Shown in pieces: positions 47,186-56,193 of a DNA stretch of 64,000 bases. Source of the stretch: Vicinamibacterales bacterium (lineage in GTDB: Bacteria > Acidobacteriota > Vicinamibacteria > Vicinamibacterales > CAVVIG01); contig JBFXAT010000017.1 of NCBI GenBank assembly GCA_050183995.1, positions 3,167-67,166 of the forward strand. The letters run 5' to 3'. Position numbers and translations under genes: made by a program. Below the pieces are notes generated by a model, which saw nothing but the letters and a program-made list of their open reading frames with translations, made no database searches and was not told the DNA's origin. Within the stretch, counting starts at the first letter, position 1. Each line of letters starts with the position of its first letter.

Positions 47186-47662
47186 ATGATCAAGTCGGGA
47201 CGGACCGCACGCTGGATTCTTTGCAGTCTCGGTGCGTGCCTCATCGGCACGCAGGCCGCGTCGACGCAGACGCCGGCGGTGCCGGAAGGGTTCGTCGCCA
47301 AGCAGCTCGAAGAGATGACCCCACAGAGCGGGGCGACTTCGGTGGTGCTGATGGGCGACCCCAGCAAGCCGGGAATTTACGTGGTGCAGAACGTCTTCGC
47401 GCCCGGCCGCGGAAGCCGGCCGCACTTCCACGATCAGGATCGGTACGTCACGGTCGTGAAGGGCACCTGGTGGGTGGCGCTCGGTCCTGACGCCGACGTG
47501 TACAACCCGGACAAGATGGTCCCGATGAAGCCGGGCAGCTTCGTCTTCCATCCAGCCAACGGCCACCACTACGACGGCGCCAAGGACGAGGCCGTGACGG
47601 TCCGCATCATGGGGATGGGGCCGGTGAAGAGCACGCAGCTCGAGCAGCCGGCGCGTCGCTGA
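47186..47662 (+). CDS. secreted cupin-domain protein
   Basis: GGAG lies 6 nt upstream of ATG 47186, and ATG 47174 is an in-frame alternative. Signal peptide MIKSGRTARWILCSLGACLIGTQAAS. Cupin motifs PHFHDQDRYVTVVKG and FVFHPANGHH. Confidence 0.75.
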   Translation: MIKSGRTARWILCSLGACLIGTQAASTQTPAVPEGFVAKQLEEMTPQSGATSVVLMGDPSKPGIYVVQNVFAPGRGSRPHFHDQDRYVTVVKGTWWVALGPDADVYNPDKMVPMKPGSFVFHPANGHHYDGAKDEAVTVRIMGMGPVKSTQLEQPARR

Positions 47663-47783
47663 CGCACCCGCGGCCCGATCGCGCTGCGCCCCGCTGTGAC
47701 CGCCGCCGGCGGGCGGCGGCCGCGGCGCAGGGTCGCCGGCCTGCGGACGCAGAGCCGGACTGCAAGGCTGGAACGCTGGAACC

Positions 47784-49430
47784 ATGAAAGGAAGTCCCGT
47801 GCATGTTCGCCGTTTGTGGTGTGGAGTCGCGCTGACGTTCTGTGCGATGACGATGCCTGCCGTTGCGCAGGACCACGATCACGATGTCGCGCTCGCCGGC
47901 AGCGGCAGTCAACTGGGTCGGGCGCATTTCGCGACCTCCTGTTCGCCTGCCGCACAGGAGGAGTTCGATCGCGCGCTGACGATGCTCCACTCGTTCTTCT
48001 TTCCGGAGACGGTGAAGACCTTCTCGGCGATTCCGACCGTTGACCCGACGTGCGCGATCGCCTACTGGGGCATCGCCATCAGCCAGCGTCCCAACCCGCT
48101 GGTCGGCCCGTTCGACGACGGCGTGTTGCAGCGGGGCATCGACGCGGTCGATCGCGGGCTTGCCATGGGCCCGAAGACGGATCGGGAACGAGACTGGCTG
48201 TTGGCCCTTCGTGAGGAGTACCGCGACTTCAAGACGGTGGACCAGGAAACCCGCTCGCGCAACTACGCGCGCGCCATGGAAGGCCTGCACCAGAAGTACC
48301 CAGACGACGTCGAGGCGACGATCTTCTACGCGCTCGCGTTGAACGAGGCGTGGGATCACGACGACAAGACCTATGCGGATCTGCTCCGGGCGGCCCAGCT
48401 GCTCGAGCCCATCCAGTTGAGATATCCGGATCATCCGGGCGTCGCGCACTACATCATCCACAGCTACGATTTCCCGCCGCTCGCGCAGCGGGGCCTCGCC
48501 GCCGCGAATCGCTACGCCGATCTCGCCCCCGCGGCGCCGCACGCGCTCCACATGCCGTCGCACATCTACTCCATGCTGGGCATGTGGGAGGCGTCCATCG
48601 CCGCCAACGTCAAGACGGTGGCTCTCGGCAAGGCGTACGCCGCCGCCGCGAAACTCGACGGCGTCTATCCGGGCGACCTGCATTCGTACGACTTCATGCA
48701 GTACGCCTACCTTCAGCTGGGGCAGGACGAGAAGGCGCGCGGGCTCGTGCGGGAGGTTGGCGCCATCACGAAGGTGTATACGCCGCGGTTGTCCACCGAA
48801 ACCGGACAGTCGGCCGTCCCGGCGCGCTATTGTCTCGAACGGCAGGACTGGGCCTGCGCTGCGACCCTCGAGCCGATCGGCTTGAGTCCGGCCGCGGAGG
48901 CGATCACCTATTTTTCGCGCGCGCTCGGCAAGGCTCGCGGCTCCGATCCGGCATCCGCTGCCGCCGACATCGAGGCGCTGACGCGTCTTCGCCGGCAGTT
49001 GGAGATCACCAGCCAGCGCTACTGGGTCGAGCAGCTCGACATCCAGATGCTCGCCGCGCGCGCCTGGATGGCGTTTGGCCGCGGGGCTCGTGACGAAGCG
49101 ATGACGTCGATGCGCGCGGCCGCCGATCGCGAGGATCGCAGCGAGAAACATGTCGCGATGGAGAACCGGCTGTACCCGATGCGTGAACTGCTGGCCGACA
49201 TGCTGCTCGCAGATGGGGATGCCGCTGGCGCTCTCGTGGAGTACGAGAAGTCGCTGGAGAACGCCCCGGCCCGTCTGCGCGGGCTGTACGGCGCTGCCAA
49301 GGCAGCCGAGCTGGGCGGCGCGGCAACCAAGGCGCACGATTACTACCGCGCGCTGCTGCGCCTCACGGTGAATGCCGATACGGAACGGCCCGAACTGCGC
49401 GAAGCGAAGGACTACCTGAGGGACCGTTAG
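47784..49430 (+). CDS. secreted all-helical (TPR-like) protein with conserved His motifs
   Basis: Signal peptide, then QDHDHD. Motifs HYIIHSYD and PHALHMPSHIY. C-terminal TPR-like helices (LLADMLLADGDAAGALVEYEKSLE...). Confidence 0.6.
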   Translation: MKGSPVHVRRLWCGVALTFCAMTMPAVAQDHDHDVALAGSGSQLGRAHFATSCSPAAQEEFDRALTMLHSFFFPETVKTFSAIPTVDPTCAIAYWGIAISQRPNPLVGPFDDGVLQRGIDAVDRGLAMGPKTDRERDWLLALREEYRDFKTVDQETRSRNYARAMEGLHQKYPDDVEATIFYALALNEAWDHDDKTYADLLRAAQLLEPIQLRYPDHPGVAHYIIHSYDFPPLAQRGLAAANRYADLAPAAPHALHMPSHIYSMLGMWEASIAANVKTVALGKAYAAAAKLDGVYPGDLHSYDFMQYAYLQLGQDEKARGLVREVGAITKVYTPRLSTETGQSAVPARYCLERQDWACAATLEPIGLSPAAEAITYFSRALGKARGSDPASAAADIEALTRLRRQLEITSQRYWVEQLDIQMLAARAWMAFGRGARDEAMTSMRAAADREDRSEKHVAMENRLYPMRELLADMLLADGDAAGALVEYEKSLENAPARLRGLYGAAKAAELGGAATKAHDYYRALLRLTVNADTERPELREAKDYLRDR

Positions 49431-49507
49431 CGTCGGTCCGGACGGACCGGCCGGCACCATCGCGCCGGCAGCACGGCTCGGTCCGCACCATCGCGTCGGC
49501 GACGGGA

Positions 49508-50110
49508 CTAATAGCCGTCAGAGGAGCCGCCCGATGAGCCACTCGACGCGCCTCCGCCCGACGAGCTGGAACCGGCCAGCTGCGCGCGCGCGACGCCGCC
49601 GGCGTTCATCGCCGAGTGCACGTTGAAGTAGAAGGCGGACGCGTCGTTCAAGATCCCCTGGGCGATATCCGGCGACACGCTGATTCCGCTTCGCGTGAAC
49701 GATCCCACGCCGGGCGACTGCGTCGACAGGCCGGTATCGACCACGATCCCGCCCGTCGTGCCGGCGCCGCCCCGGTGAATGTGCGCCATCGTGAGCGTCG
49801 AGGAGGCTGGAAGGCCTGACACGTTCACCTGGAAGTCCGCCGTCGCCGATGTGACGTTGCCGGCTCCGTCCTTGACCGCATGCAGCGTGATCGTCGCCGT
49901 TCCGGCGACGCCGGACTCCGCGTTCGAGATGCCGGGCACTTCGTTCGCCGCGCTGATCGCGACGCTGAAGCTCGTCGGCGTGCTGTTCGCGCCCGAGTCG
50001 TTGGGGGACGGATTCGTGGTGGACCCGCTGGTGCCGCTGCACGCGTTGGTCAACGCGGCGGCGATCAGCATGACGGCGAAGAGCAGGGCGGCGTAGCGGA
50101 AACGTGTCAT
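49508..50110 (-). CDS. CHRD-domain lipoprotein
   Basis: Lipobox LTNAC. CHRD signatures EVPGISNAESGVAGTATI, MAHIHRGGAGTTGGIVV and FYFNVHSAMNAGGVARAQL. Confidence 0.85.
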   Translation of the reverse strand: MTRFRYAALLFAVMLIAAALTNACSGTSGSTTNPSPNDSGANSTPTSFSVAISAANEVPGISNAESGVAGTATITLHAVKDGAGNVTSATADFQVNVSGLPASSTLTMAHIHRGGAGTTGGIVVDTGLSTQSPGVGSFTRSGISVSPDIAQGILNDASAFYFNVHSAMNAGGVARAQLAGSSSSGGGASSGSSGGSSDGY

Positions 50111-50132
50111 GTCCAGGCTCCTGTAAGGTGTC

Positions 50133-50945
50133 TCAGTAGAACTTGCGAACGAGGTTGAATCCCAGGTGCAGCGTGTCGGCGAACCCGCCTCGAGCGATCT
50201 GTCCGTAGGTCGTGCCCTGGGTGTTGGACACGTTGAGTTGGAAGAGATGGCGGCCGGCGCGTTTCTCGATGCCGACGCCGAAGGCGGGGCGCCCGGGCTC
50301 GTAGCCGGCCAGGCGTGGAGCGATCTCGGCCACGAGCAGCACCGTCGGCCGCACTCGCACCCGTCCGCCGAGCCCCAGCACGAATGTGTCGCGGGTCACT
50401 CCGCTCGCCGCGGCGGAGTTGTGCACCCAGAGCGGAGTCGCGTAGAGCGCTGCGCGATCGGCCACCGTGCGGGCGAGACTCGCGCCGACGGCGGGCGCCC
50501 GGTTCTCGGTGAAGTTGGCCGTGCCCTCGACGGAGACGACCGCCGAGATCGCGAAGGGCAGCGACGCGCCCTGGGCGATCGCGTCGTACTTGCCATGGAA
50601 CTGGAAGGTCTTGTCGAACGTCGTGCGGTAGACCGCGGCCTGCACGTGGCGAGCGATCCCATAGCGGTACTCGAATCCGACGACCGCCCCGCGATCGATG
50701 CCAAAGAGATCGCTGGCCTGCTCGCGCAGCGTCCCTTGGCGCAGATTGCCGTTGAAGCGATGCGTCAGGTCGAAGTTGGACCCGTGCCGGGGCAGTGGAA
50801 CTGTCGTCGGCAGGTTGATCAATCGAAAACCGGGTTCCGCGGGCCGATACCGTCGATCCTCGTCGTCGGATGTCTGTGCGAGAGCCGACGCCGTACATGT
50901 GAACGCCAGCAAGCAGAGAGCAAGTGGGAAGCGAAGTGTGCGCAC
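50133..50945 (-). CDS. DUF5777-like outer-membrane beta-barrel protein
   Basis: GTG start with signal peptide. LTHRFNGNL...LFGIDRGAVVGFEYRYGIA...FQFHGKY pattern. Alternating beta strands and an aromatic C-terminus (KFY). Confidence 0.65.
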   Translation of the reverse strand: MRTLRFPLALCLLAFTCTASALAQTSDDEDRRYRPAEPGFRLINLPTTVPLPRHGSNFDLTHRFNGNLRQGTLREQASDLFGIDRGAVVGFEYRYGIARHVQAAVYRTTFDKTFQFHGKYDAIAQGASLPFAISAVVSVEGTANFTENRAPAVGASLARTVADRAALYATPLWVHNSAAASGVTRDTFVLGLGGRVRVRPTVLLVAEIAPRLAGYEPGRPAFGVGIEKRAGRHLFQLNVSNTQGTTYGQIARGGFADTLHLGFNLVRKFY

Positions 50946-50956
50946 GCGTGTCGCAA

Positions 50957-50972
50957 GGCAAGAGCGTGACCA
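50957..50972 (-). promoter_or_regulatory. weak sigma-54-type -24/-12 candidate TGGTCACGCTCTTGCC upstream of the DUF5777-CHRD genes
   Basis: GG-N10-GC spacing and TTGC are present and the other positions are poor. The -12 element lies only about 12 nt from the GTG start, which would imply a leaderless transcript. Confidence 0.2.
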
Positions 50973-51123
50973 CGTGGCCCTGATCGAAATCGGGCCATGA
51001 GTCGAGCGTTCCGCGTTGCACGCACCGGCGGCGGCTTTCCAGTCTCGTAAGCACTTACGATGCTCGTCGCTCGCAGGGGCCCCGACGCGGATCGCGTTAA
51101 CCTTGTGACCAGCGGGAGGGTCG

Positions 51124-52371
51124 TTGACGTTGTGGTGGTCGCATCGCGCCGCGCGAGCGGTGCTCGGACATCTGATTGCCGCTGCGGTCCTGCTGCCGAC
51201 CGGCTCGGGGGGCGTTGTCTGTGGTCAAAGCCTCCCGGTGGGCCCGCTCGTGTTCGCGGACGGTGCGGTGACGGTCGGCGCCGACGCGTCCGTCAGCGTC
51301 GGACCGGTCGATCCGGGCTTCTACAACTACACCGACTACGATCGCTCGACGCTGCGGCTAGCTCAGATCGACGTGCTCACCTCCGTCCGCGCGGGCAGAC
51401 GCCTGACGGTACTCGGCCAAGTTCGATCGCAGAACGTGGGCTCGGTCGACATCTTCGCGCTGTACCTGCGCGTGCGTCCCTGGGTGAACCGCCGCATCGA
51501 CGTTCAGGTCGGGCGGGTCCCGCCGACCTTCGGCGCCTTTCCCCGCCGCGCGTACGGACGCGACAACCCGTTGATCGGTCTGCCGCTGGCGTTCCAGTAC
51601 CTCACGTCACTGCGGTCAGACGCCGTGCCGGCGAACGCAGACCAGCTGCTGCGTATGCGGGGGCGCGGCTGGCTCTCGTCGTTTTCGATCGGCAACAGCG
51701 TGGCCGCGCATGGGATGCCGCTGGCCAGCGCGTTTCGGTGGGAGAACGGCGTGCAGCTGCACGCCGAGAACGAGTGGTTCGAGGGCACGGCTTCGCTGAG
51801 CGGCGGGTCGGTGTCGAGCCCGATGTTGCGCTTGACAGGAGGACCGCGCCAGGTGGTCGGACGCGTCGCGGCACGACCGGTTGCGGGCCTCATCGTCGGG
51901 GTGTCGGCGGCGCGGGGCTCCTACCTGACCGACACGGTGCTCGACGCGCTGCCACAGGGGATCGGCCGGGCCGACCTCAGTCAGTCCCTTTGGGGCGCGG
52001 ACCTGGAATATTCGCGCGGGTATTATCAGCTCAGAGCCGAGCTGGTCCACAGCCGCTGGAGGCTGCCGGTCGTGCAGAGCCCGATGATCGACCGGCCGCT
52101 CAGCAGTCTCGGCGCGATGGTGGAGGTGCGCTACGCGATTCGCCCAGGGCTCCACGCCGCTGCCCGGGTGGATCGCCTCGGATTCAGCGACATCGAGGGG
52201 AGCGGCGGCCTTGCGTCTTGGGAGGCGCCGGTCACGCGTATCGAGGTCGGCGGCGGCTACCTCCTGCAACGCAACCTGCAGCTGAAGATCGCCGTGCAGC
52301 ACAACCGTCGTGATACCGATCGCAGCGCACGGTTCACCGCCGGCGCCGCGCAGCTGATGTTCTGGTTCTGA
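51124..52371 (+). CDS. outer-membrane beta-barrel (porin-like) hypothetical protein
   Basis: TTG start, 3 nt after GGGAGGG. Signal-like N-terminus, alternating-strand pattern, and C-terminal AQLMFWF. Confidence 0.6.
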   Translation: MTLWWSHRAARAVLGHLIAAAVLLPTGSGGVVCGQSLPVGPLVFADGAVTVGADASVSVGPVDPGFYNYTDYDRSTLRLAQIDVLTSVRAGRRLTVLGQVRSQNVGSVDIFALYLRVRPWVNRRIDVQVGRVPPTFGAFPRRAYGRDNPLIGLPLAFQYLTSLRSDAVPANADQLLRMRGRGWLSSFSIGNSVAAHGMPLASAFRWENGVQLHAENEWFEGTASLSGGSVSSPMLRLTGGPRQVVGRVAARPVAGLIVGVSAARGSYLTDTVLDALPQGIGRADLSQSLWGADLEYSRGYYQLRAELVHSRWRLPVVQSPMIDRPLSSLGAMVEVRYAIRPGLHAAARVDRLGFSDIEGSGGLASWEAPVTRIEVGGGYLLQRNLQLKIAVQHNRRDTDRSARFTAGAAQLMFWF

Positions 52372-53063
52372 TGGAGTCCGGCCTGGGTGTCACGATGCGA
52401 CATTGCCGCGACGTGGTGATGATGGCGGCCGCGATCGTGGCGCTGATCGAAGCGGGCGCCCGCCTGGAAGCCGCCGGCTCCATCCAGGGACGTGTCGAGG
52501 TGCGTCGGGCCGCATCGGCGGGAGAGCGTCGCCCGACCGTCACGGCGCTGGGAGCGGCCGAGGAGCGAGAAGCGGTCGACACACGCGTGTCGGTGGTCTA
52601 CCTGGAGAGCGCGCCGCGTGGCGCCTTCGAGCAGACCGAGCCCGGCCGCGCGCGGCTCGATCAGCGCAACGAGACGTTCGTCCCACACGTGCTCGCGGTC
52701 ACCACCGGCACGGTCGTCGAATTTCCGAATAGCGACCGCATCTATCACAACGTGTTCTCGCTCTCGAAGGTGGCGCGCTTCGACCTGGGCCGCTACGCCG
52801 CAGGCAAGTCGAAGTCCGTGCGTTTCGATCGCCCGGGAATCGCCCGCGTGTTCTGTGACATTCATTCGCACATGAACGCCTTCGTCCTCGTGTTCGGTCA
52901 TCCGTTCTTCGCCGTGACGGACGCAGACGGACGCTACCGGATCGACAACATCCCGGCCGGCGTGTACAACGTGGTCGCCTGGAACGAAGGCGTGACGTCG
53001 GAGCCGAAGGCGATCGTCGTCAGCGACGGCCCCGCGGCCACCCTCGATTTCGCGTTGCGGTGA
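52371..53063 (+). CDS. periplasmic cupredoxin (type 1 copper, amicyanin-like loop) with a CarboxypepD_reg-like beta-sandwich
   Basis: T1Cu ligand set: H in IYHNVFS, then C-x2-H-x2-M in FCDIHSHM, 36 residues later. C-terminal DADGRYRIDNIPAGVYNVVAW. Its start overlaps the upstream stop (TGATG), and M at 52395 is an alternative start. Confidence 0.7.
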   Translation: MESGLGVTMRHCRDVVMMAAAIVALIEAGARLEAAGSIQGRVEVRRAASAGERRPTVTALGAAEEREAVDTRVSVVYLESAPRGAFEQTEPGRARLDQRNETFVPHVLAVTTGTVVEFPNSDRIYHNVFSLSKVARFDLGRYAAGKSKSVRFDRPGIARVFCDIHSHMNAFVLVFGHPFFAVTDADGRYRIDNIPAGVYNVVAWNEGVTSEPKAIVVSDGPAATLDFALR

Positions 53064-53075
53064 CCCGCGCCTGAC

Positions 53076-54827
53076 ATGACGATTCTTTCCTCGCTTCAGA
53101 GCCGCATCTTTCTCGGCAGCGCGCTGCTGGCCGTGCTCTCGATCGCCGCCGCGGTACTGCTGGTGAGCGCGCGTGTCGCGCGGGAGGCCGAGAACGTGCT
53201 GCGGCGCGAGATGGTGGCGACCGGCGCGATCGTCGATCAGCTGCGCACCACGCGGACCCAGACCTTCACGACCATGGCGCGGCTGCTCGCGGATGCCCCG
53301 AAGCTCAAAGCGGCGGTCGACACGGGCGATCCGCTGACGGTTCAAGACGTGGTCGACGGCTATCGGGCCCAGATGAATGCCGATCTGCTGCTCGTCACGG
53401 GCGACGACGGTCGCCTGCTGGCGACCGTGGGACTGTCCCCCGATGCGGCCATGCGCACCGTGGCGGAACCGGCCACCGCGGCGGCGCTGGCCGGTCATGA
53501 GGCCTTCAGTCTGTTGCCGCAGCCGGATGGGATGCTGCAGCTGGTCACCGTTCCGGTGTCGATCGGCCTCACGCAACAGGAGATCCTGGGGACTCTTGGT
53601 GTCGGGTTCCGGTTCGACGAGGCCCTGGCGCAGCAGTTGAAAGAGGTCACCGGGAGCGAAATCGCCTTCACCATCGACGGGCGCATCGTCGCCACGACGC
53701 TCCCGCCCCGGGACCGGGCCGTCCTGGGCGGGCTCCTGCCGCAGGGGAGCGCACCCACGACGATCGGCCTCCGCACCGACGAATACGTCGCGCTGTCGCG
53801 GCCGCTGGTCGACACCTCGGTGGACAGATCGGCATCACCGCGCGCCGCGGCGCTGATCCTCCGATCGCGTACGGAGCACCTGCGGTTCCTGCGAACGATT
53901 CACACCGAACTGGGCGTCACGGCAGCCATCGCCGTGCTGATGGCCATTGTAGTGAGCTTCGCCATTGCCAGGACCGTGACGCGTCCGCTGAAGGCGATCA
54001 CCGACGCTATGCGCCAGGTTGCGGCCACAGGCGATCTGACCCGGAAGATCGCCTTGCCCGGCAATTCGCGATGGCAGGACGAAGATGCGCAGCTCCTCGC
54101 CACCACGTTCAACACCCTGACGGAGTCGGTCGCACGATTCCAGCACGAGATCTCCGAGCGGGAGCGGCTGTCATCACTTGGGCGGCTCTCGACGGTGATC
54201 GCGCACGAGATCCGGAATCCGCTCATGATCGTCAAGGCGGCGTTGCACGTGCTGCGGGAGCCCGGCCTCAGTCCGGCACACTTCCGCGAGGCGATCGCCG
54301 ACATCGCCGGCGAGGCGGAACGGCTGAACCGCCTGGTGAACGACGTGCTCGACTTCGCGCGACCGATCACGTTCGATCTGGCTCCAGCCGACCTGAACGC
54401 CGTCTGCCGCGAATCGGCGGTCGCAGCGCAGGTCGGCCCAGGATCCGCAGTAGAGCTCGATCTTGTGCCGCTTCCCCTGGTGATCACCGACGCCGAGCGC
54501 CTGCGGATCGCGCTCGTGAATCTGGTGCAGAATGCCCGCCAGGCGATGGACGGCGCCTCGCCCGCCGCCGTGCGCGTCGCCACGCGGCAGCGGGGCGATC
54601 GCGTCGCGATTGTCGTGGCCGATCGGGGACCAGGCATTCGGGAGGGCGACGTGTCACGCGTGTTCGATCCCTTCTTCACGACGCGGCGCGGGGGCACCGG
54701 CCTGGGCCTGCCGATTGCCCGGAACATCGTCGAGGGCCTGGGCGGGACCATTGCCATCGAGCCGGGACGGGAGGTCGGGACGGTCATCTGCATCGAGCTG
54801 CCCGTCGCTCCGGCGGTGGCGGCCTGA
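53076..54827 (+). CDS. sensor histidine kinase with a large periplasmic domain, HAMP, HisKA and HATPase
   Basis: TM1, a loop of about 270 aa, TM2, and HAMP. H-box AHEIRNPL, N-box LVQNARQAM, G1 DRGPGI, G2 GTGLGL. Confidence 0.9.
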   Translation: MTILSSLQSRIFLGSALLAVLSIAAAVLLVSARVAREAENVLRREMVATGAIVDQLRTTRTQTFTTMARLLADAPKLKAAVDTGDPLTVQDVVDGYRAQMNADLLLVTGDDGRLLATVGLSPDAAMRTVAEPATAAALAGHEAFSLLPQPDGMLQLVTVPVSIGLTQQEILGTLGVGFRFDEALAQQLKEVTGSEIAFTIDGRIVATTLPPRDRAVLGGLLPQGSAPTTIGLRTDEYVALSRPLVDTSVDRSASPRAAALILRSRTEHLRFLRTIHTELGVTAAIAVLMAIVVSFAIARTVTRPLKAITDAMRQVAATGDLTRKIALPGNSRWQDEDAQLLATTFNTLTESVARFQHEISERERLSSLGRLSTVIAHEIRNPLMIVKAALHVLREPGLSPAHFREAIADIAGEAERLNRLVNDVLDFARPITFDLAPADLNAVCRESAVAAQVGPGSAVELDLVPLPLVITDAERLRIALVNLVQNARQAMDGASPAAVRVATRQRGDRVAIVVADRGPGIREGDVSRVFDPFFTTRRGGTGLGLPIARNIVEGLGGTIAIEPGREVGTVICIELPVAPAVAA

Positions 54828-56191
54828 TGCCGCGGCACGGCGCGATCCTCGTCGTCGACGACGAGGAAAAGATCCTCAAGGCGCTCGGCCGGGCGCTGCG
54901 CGGGCAAGGACACGAGGTCGTCGAGACCTCGCGCCCGCGGGAGGCGCAGCAGCTGCTGGGCAGCCGCTCGTTCGACCTCTTCGTCGTGGACAACGTGATG
55001 CCGCAGATCAGCGGCCTCGATCTCATCCGGTCGTACGTCGCGTCGACGGCGGAAGACGAGCGGGCGCAGATCCTCATGATGACCGCCCACGCCACCGTGG
55101 AGAGCGCCATCGAGGCGATGAAGCTCGGGGCCCTCGACTACCTGCAGAAGCCGTTCGAGATCGACGAGTTGCTCGTCGTGGTCGGACGCGCGCTGGAGCA
55201 TCAGCGCCTCCAGGGCGAATACCGCTATCTCCGGCGAGAGCGCGACGAGCAGTTCGATCACTACGGCATCGTCGGCCGAAGCGGCGCGATGGCGGCGATC
55301 ATCGAGCGGGCCGAGCGCGTGGCGCAGACCAAGAGCACCGTGCTCATCACCGGTGAGACCGGCACGGGCAAGGAACTGGTCGCGCGCGCGATTCACAACC
55401 GGAGCGCGCAGCGCGACATGCCGCTCATCAAGGTGAACTGCGCAGCCATTCCCGAGACGCTGCTCGAGTCCGAGCTCTTCGGCCACGTGCGCGGCGCCTT
55501 CACCGGCGCGACGATGGGAAAGAAGGGACGGTTTGCGCTCGCCGACGGAGGATCGATCTTTCTCGACGAGATCGCCACAATCGGGCTGCCGCTGCAATCG
55601 AAACTGCTACGGGTGCTCCAGGAGCGCGAGTTCGAGCCGCTCGGCTCGGAGCGGACCGAACGGGTCGATCTCAGGGTGATCGCGGCAACCAATCGCGACT
55701 TGCGCCAGATGGTGGCGGAAGGCCGCTTCCAGGAGGATCTCTTCTACCGCCTGAACGTGATCCCCATCGAACTGCCGCCTCTGCGCAGCCGCCGCGAGGA
55801 CATCCCGATGCTGGTCGAGCACTTCGTTCGAAAGCACGCGCAGCGCACGGGCCGGCCCGTCGACCGCATCGAGGACGGGGTGCTCGCGCTGCTCCAGCAG
55901 TACGACTGGCCCGGAAACGTGCGCGAGCTCGAGAACACCATCGAACGCGCGGTCGTATTGACCAGCAAGCCGGTCGTCACGCGTGAGGCGGTCTCGATCC
56001 TCGCGCCGCTGGCATCGTCGAGCGCCGGCATTCCGTCATTGGGGCTGCACCAGAACATCGAGTGGGTGGAGAAGGAGACGATCCGGCAGGCGCTGGAAAG
56101 CGCGCGCGGCGTGAAGAAGGACGCCGCCGAACTGATGGGCATCAGCCAGCGCGCGTTGTCGTACTACCTGGCCAAGTTCCAGATCGAGTGA
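54827..56191 (+). CDS. sigma-54-dependent response regulator (NtrC family)
   Basis: Part of ORF 54071..56191, with ATG 54827 overlapping the kinase stop (TGATG). REC domain (ILVVDDE...DLFVVDNVMP), AAA+ GETGTGKE, the GAFTGA motif, and a C-terminal Fis-type HTH. Confidence 0.93.
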   Translation: MPRHGAILVVDDEEKILKALGRALRGQGHEVVETSRPREAQQLLGSRSFDLFVVDNVMPQISGLDLIRSYVASTAEDERAQILMMTAHATVESAIEAMKLGALDYLQKPFEIDELLVVVGRALEHQRLQGEYRYLRRERDEQFDHYGIVGRSGAMAAIIERAERVAQTKSTVLITGETGTGKELVARAIHNRSAQRDMPLIKVNCAAIPETLLESELFGHVRGAFTGATMGKKGRFALADGGSIFLDEIATIGLPLQSKLLRVLQEREFEPLGSERTERVDLRVIAATNRDLRQMVAEGRFQEDLFYRLNVIPIELPPLRSRREDIPMLVEHFVRKHAQRTGRPVDRIEDGVLALLQQYDWPGNVRELENTIERAVVLTSKPVVTREAVSILAPLASSSAGIPSLGLHQNIEWVEKETIRQALESARGVKKDAAELMGISQRALSYYLAKFQIE

Positions 56192-56193
56192 GG

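Noticed and set aside
50946-51123. Sigma-54 promoter for the plus-strand OMP-cupredoxin-kinase-activator operon
   Set aside because: I scanned the 178-nt divergent spacer for GG-N10-GC with a TTGC-like -12 on the plus strand. The candidates (TGGCCCTGATCGAAAT, ..CGCGTTGCAC) lack either the GG or the GC at the right spacing.
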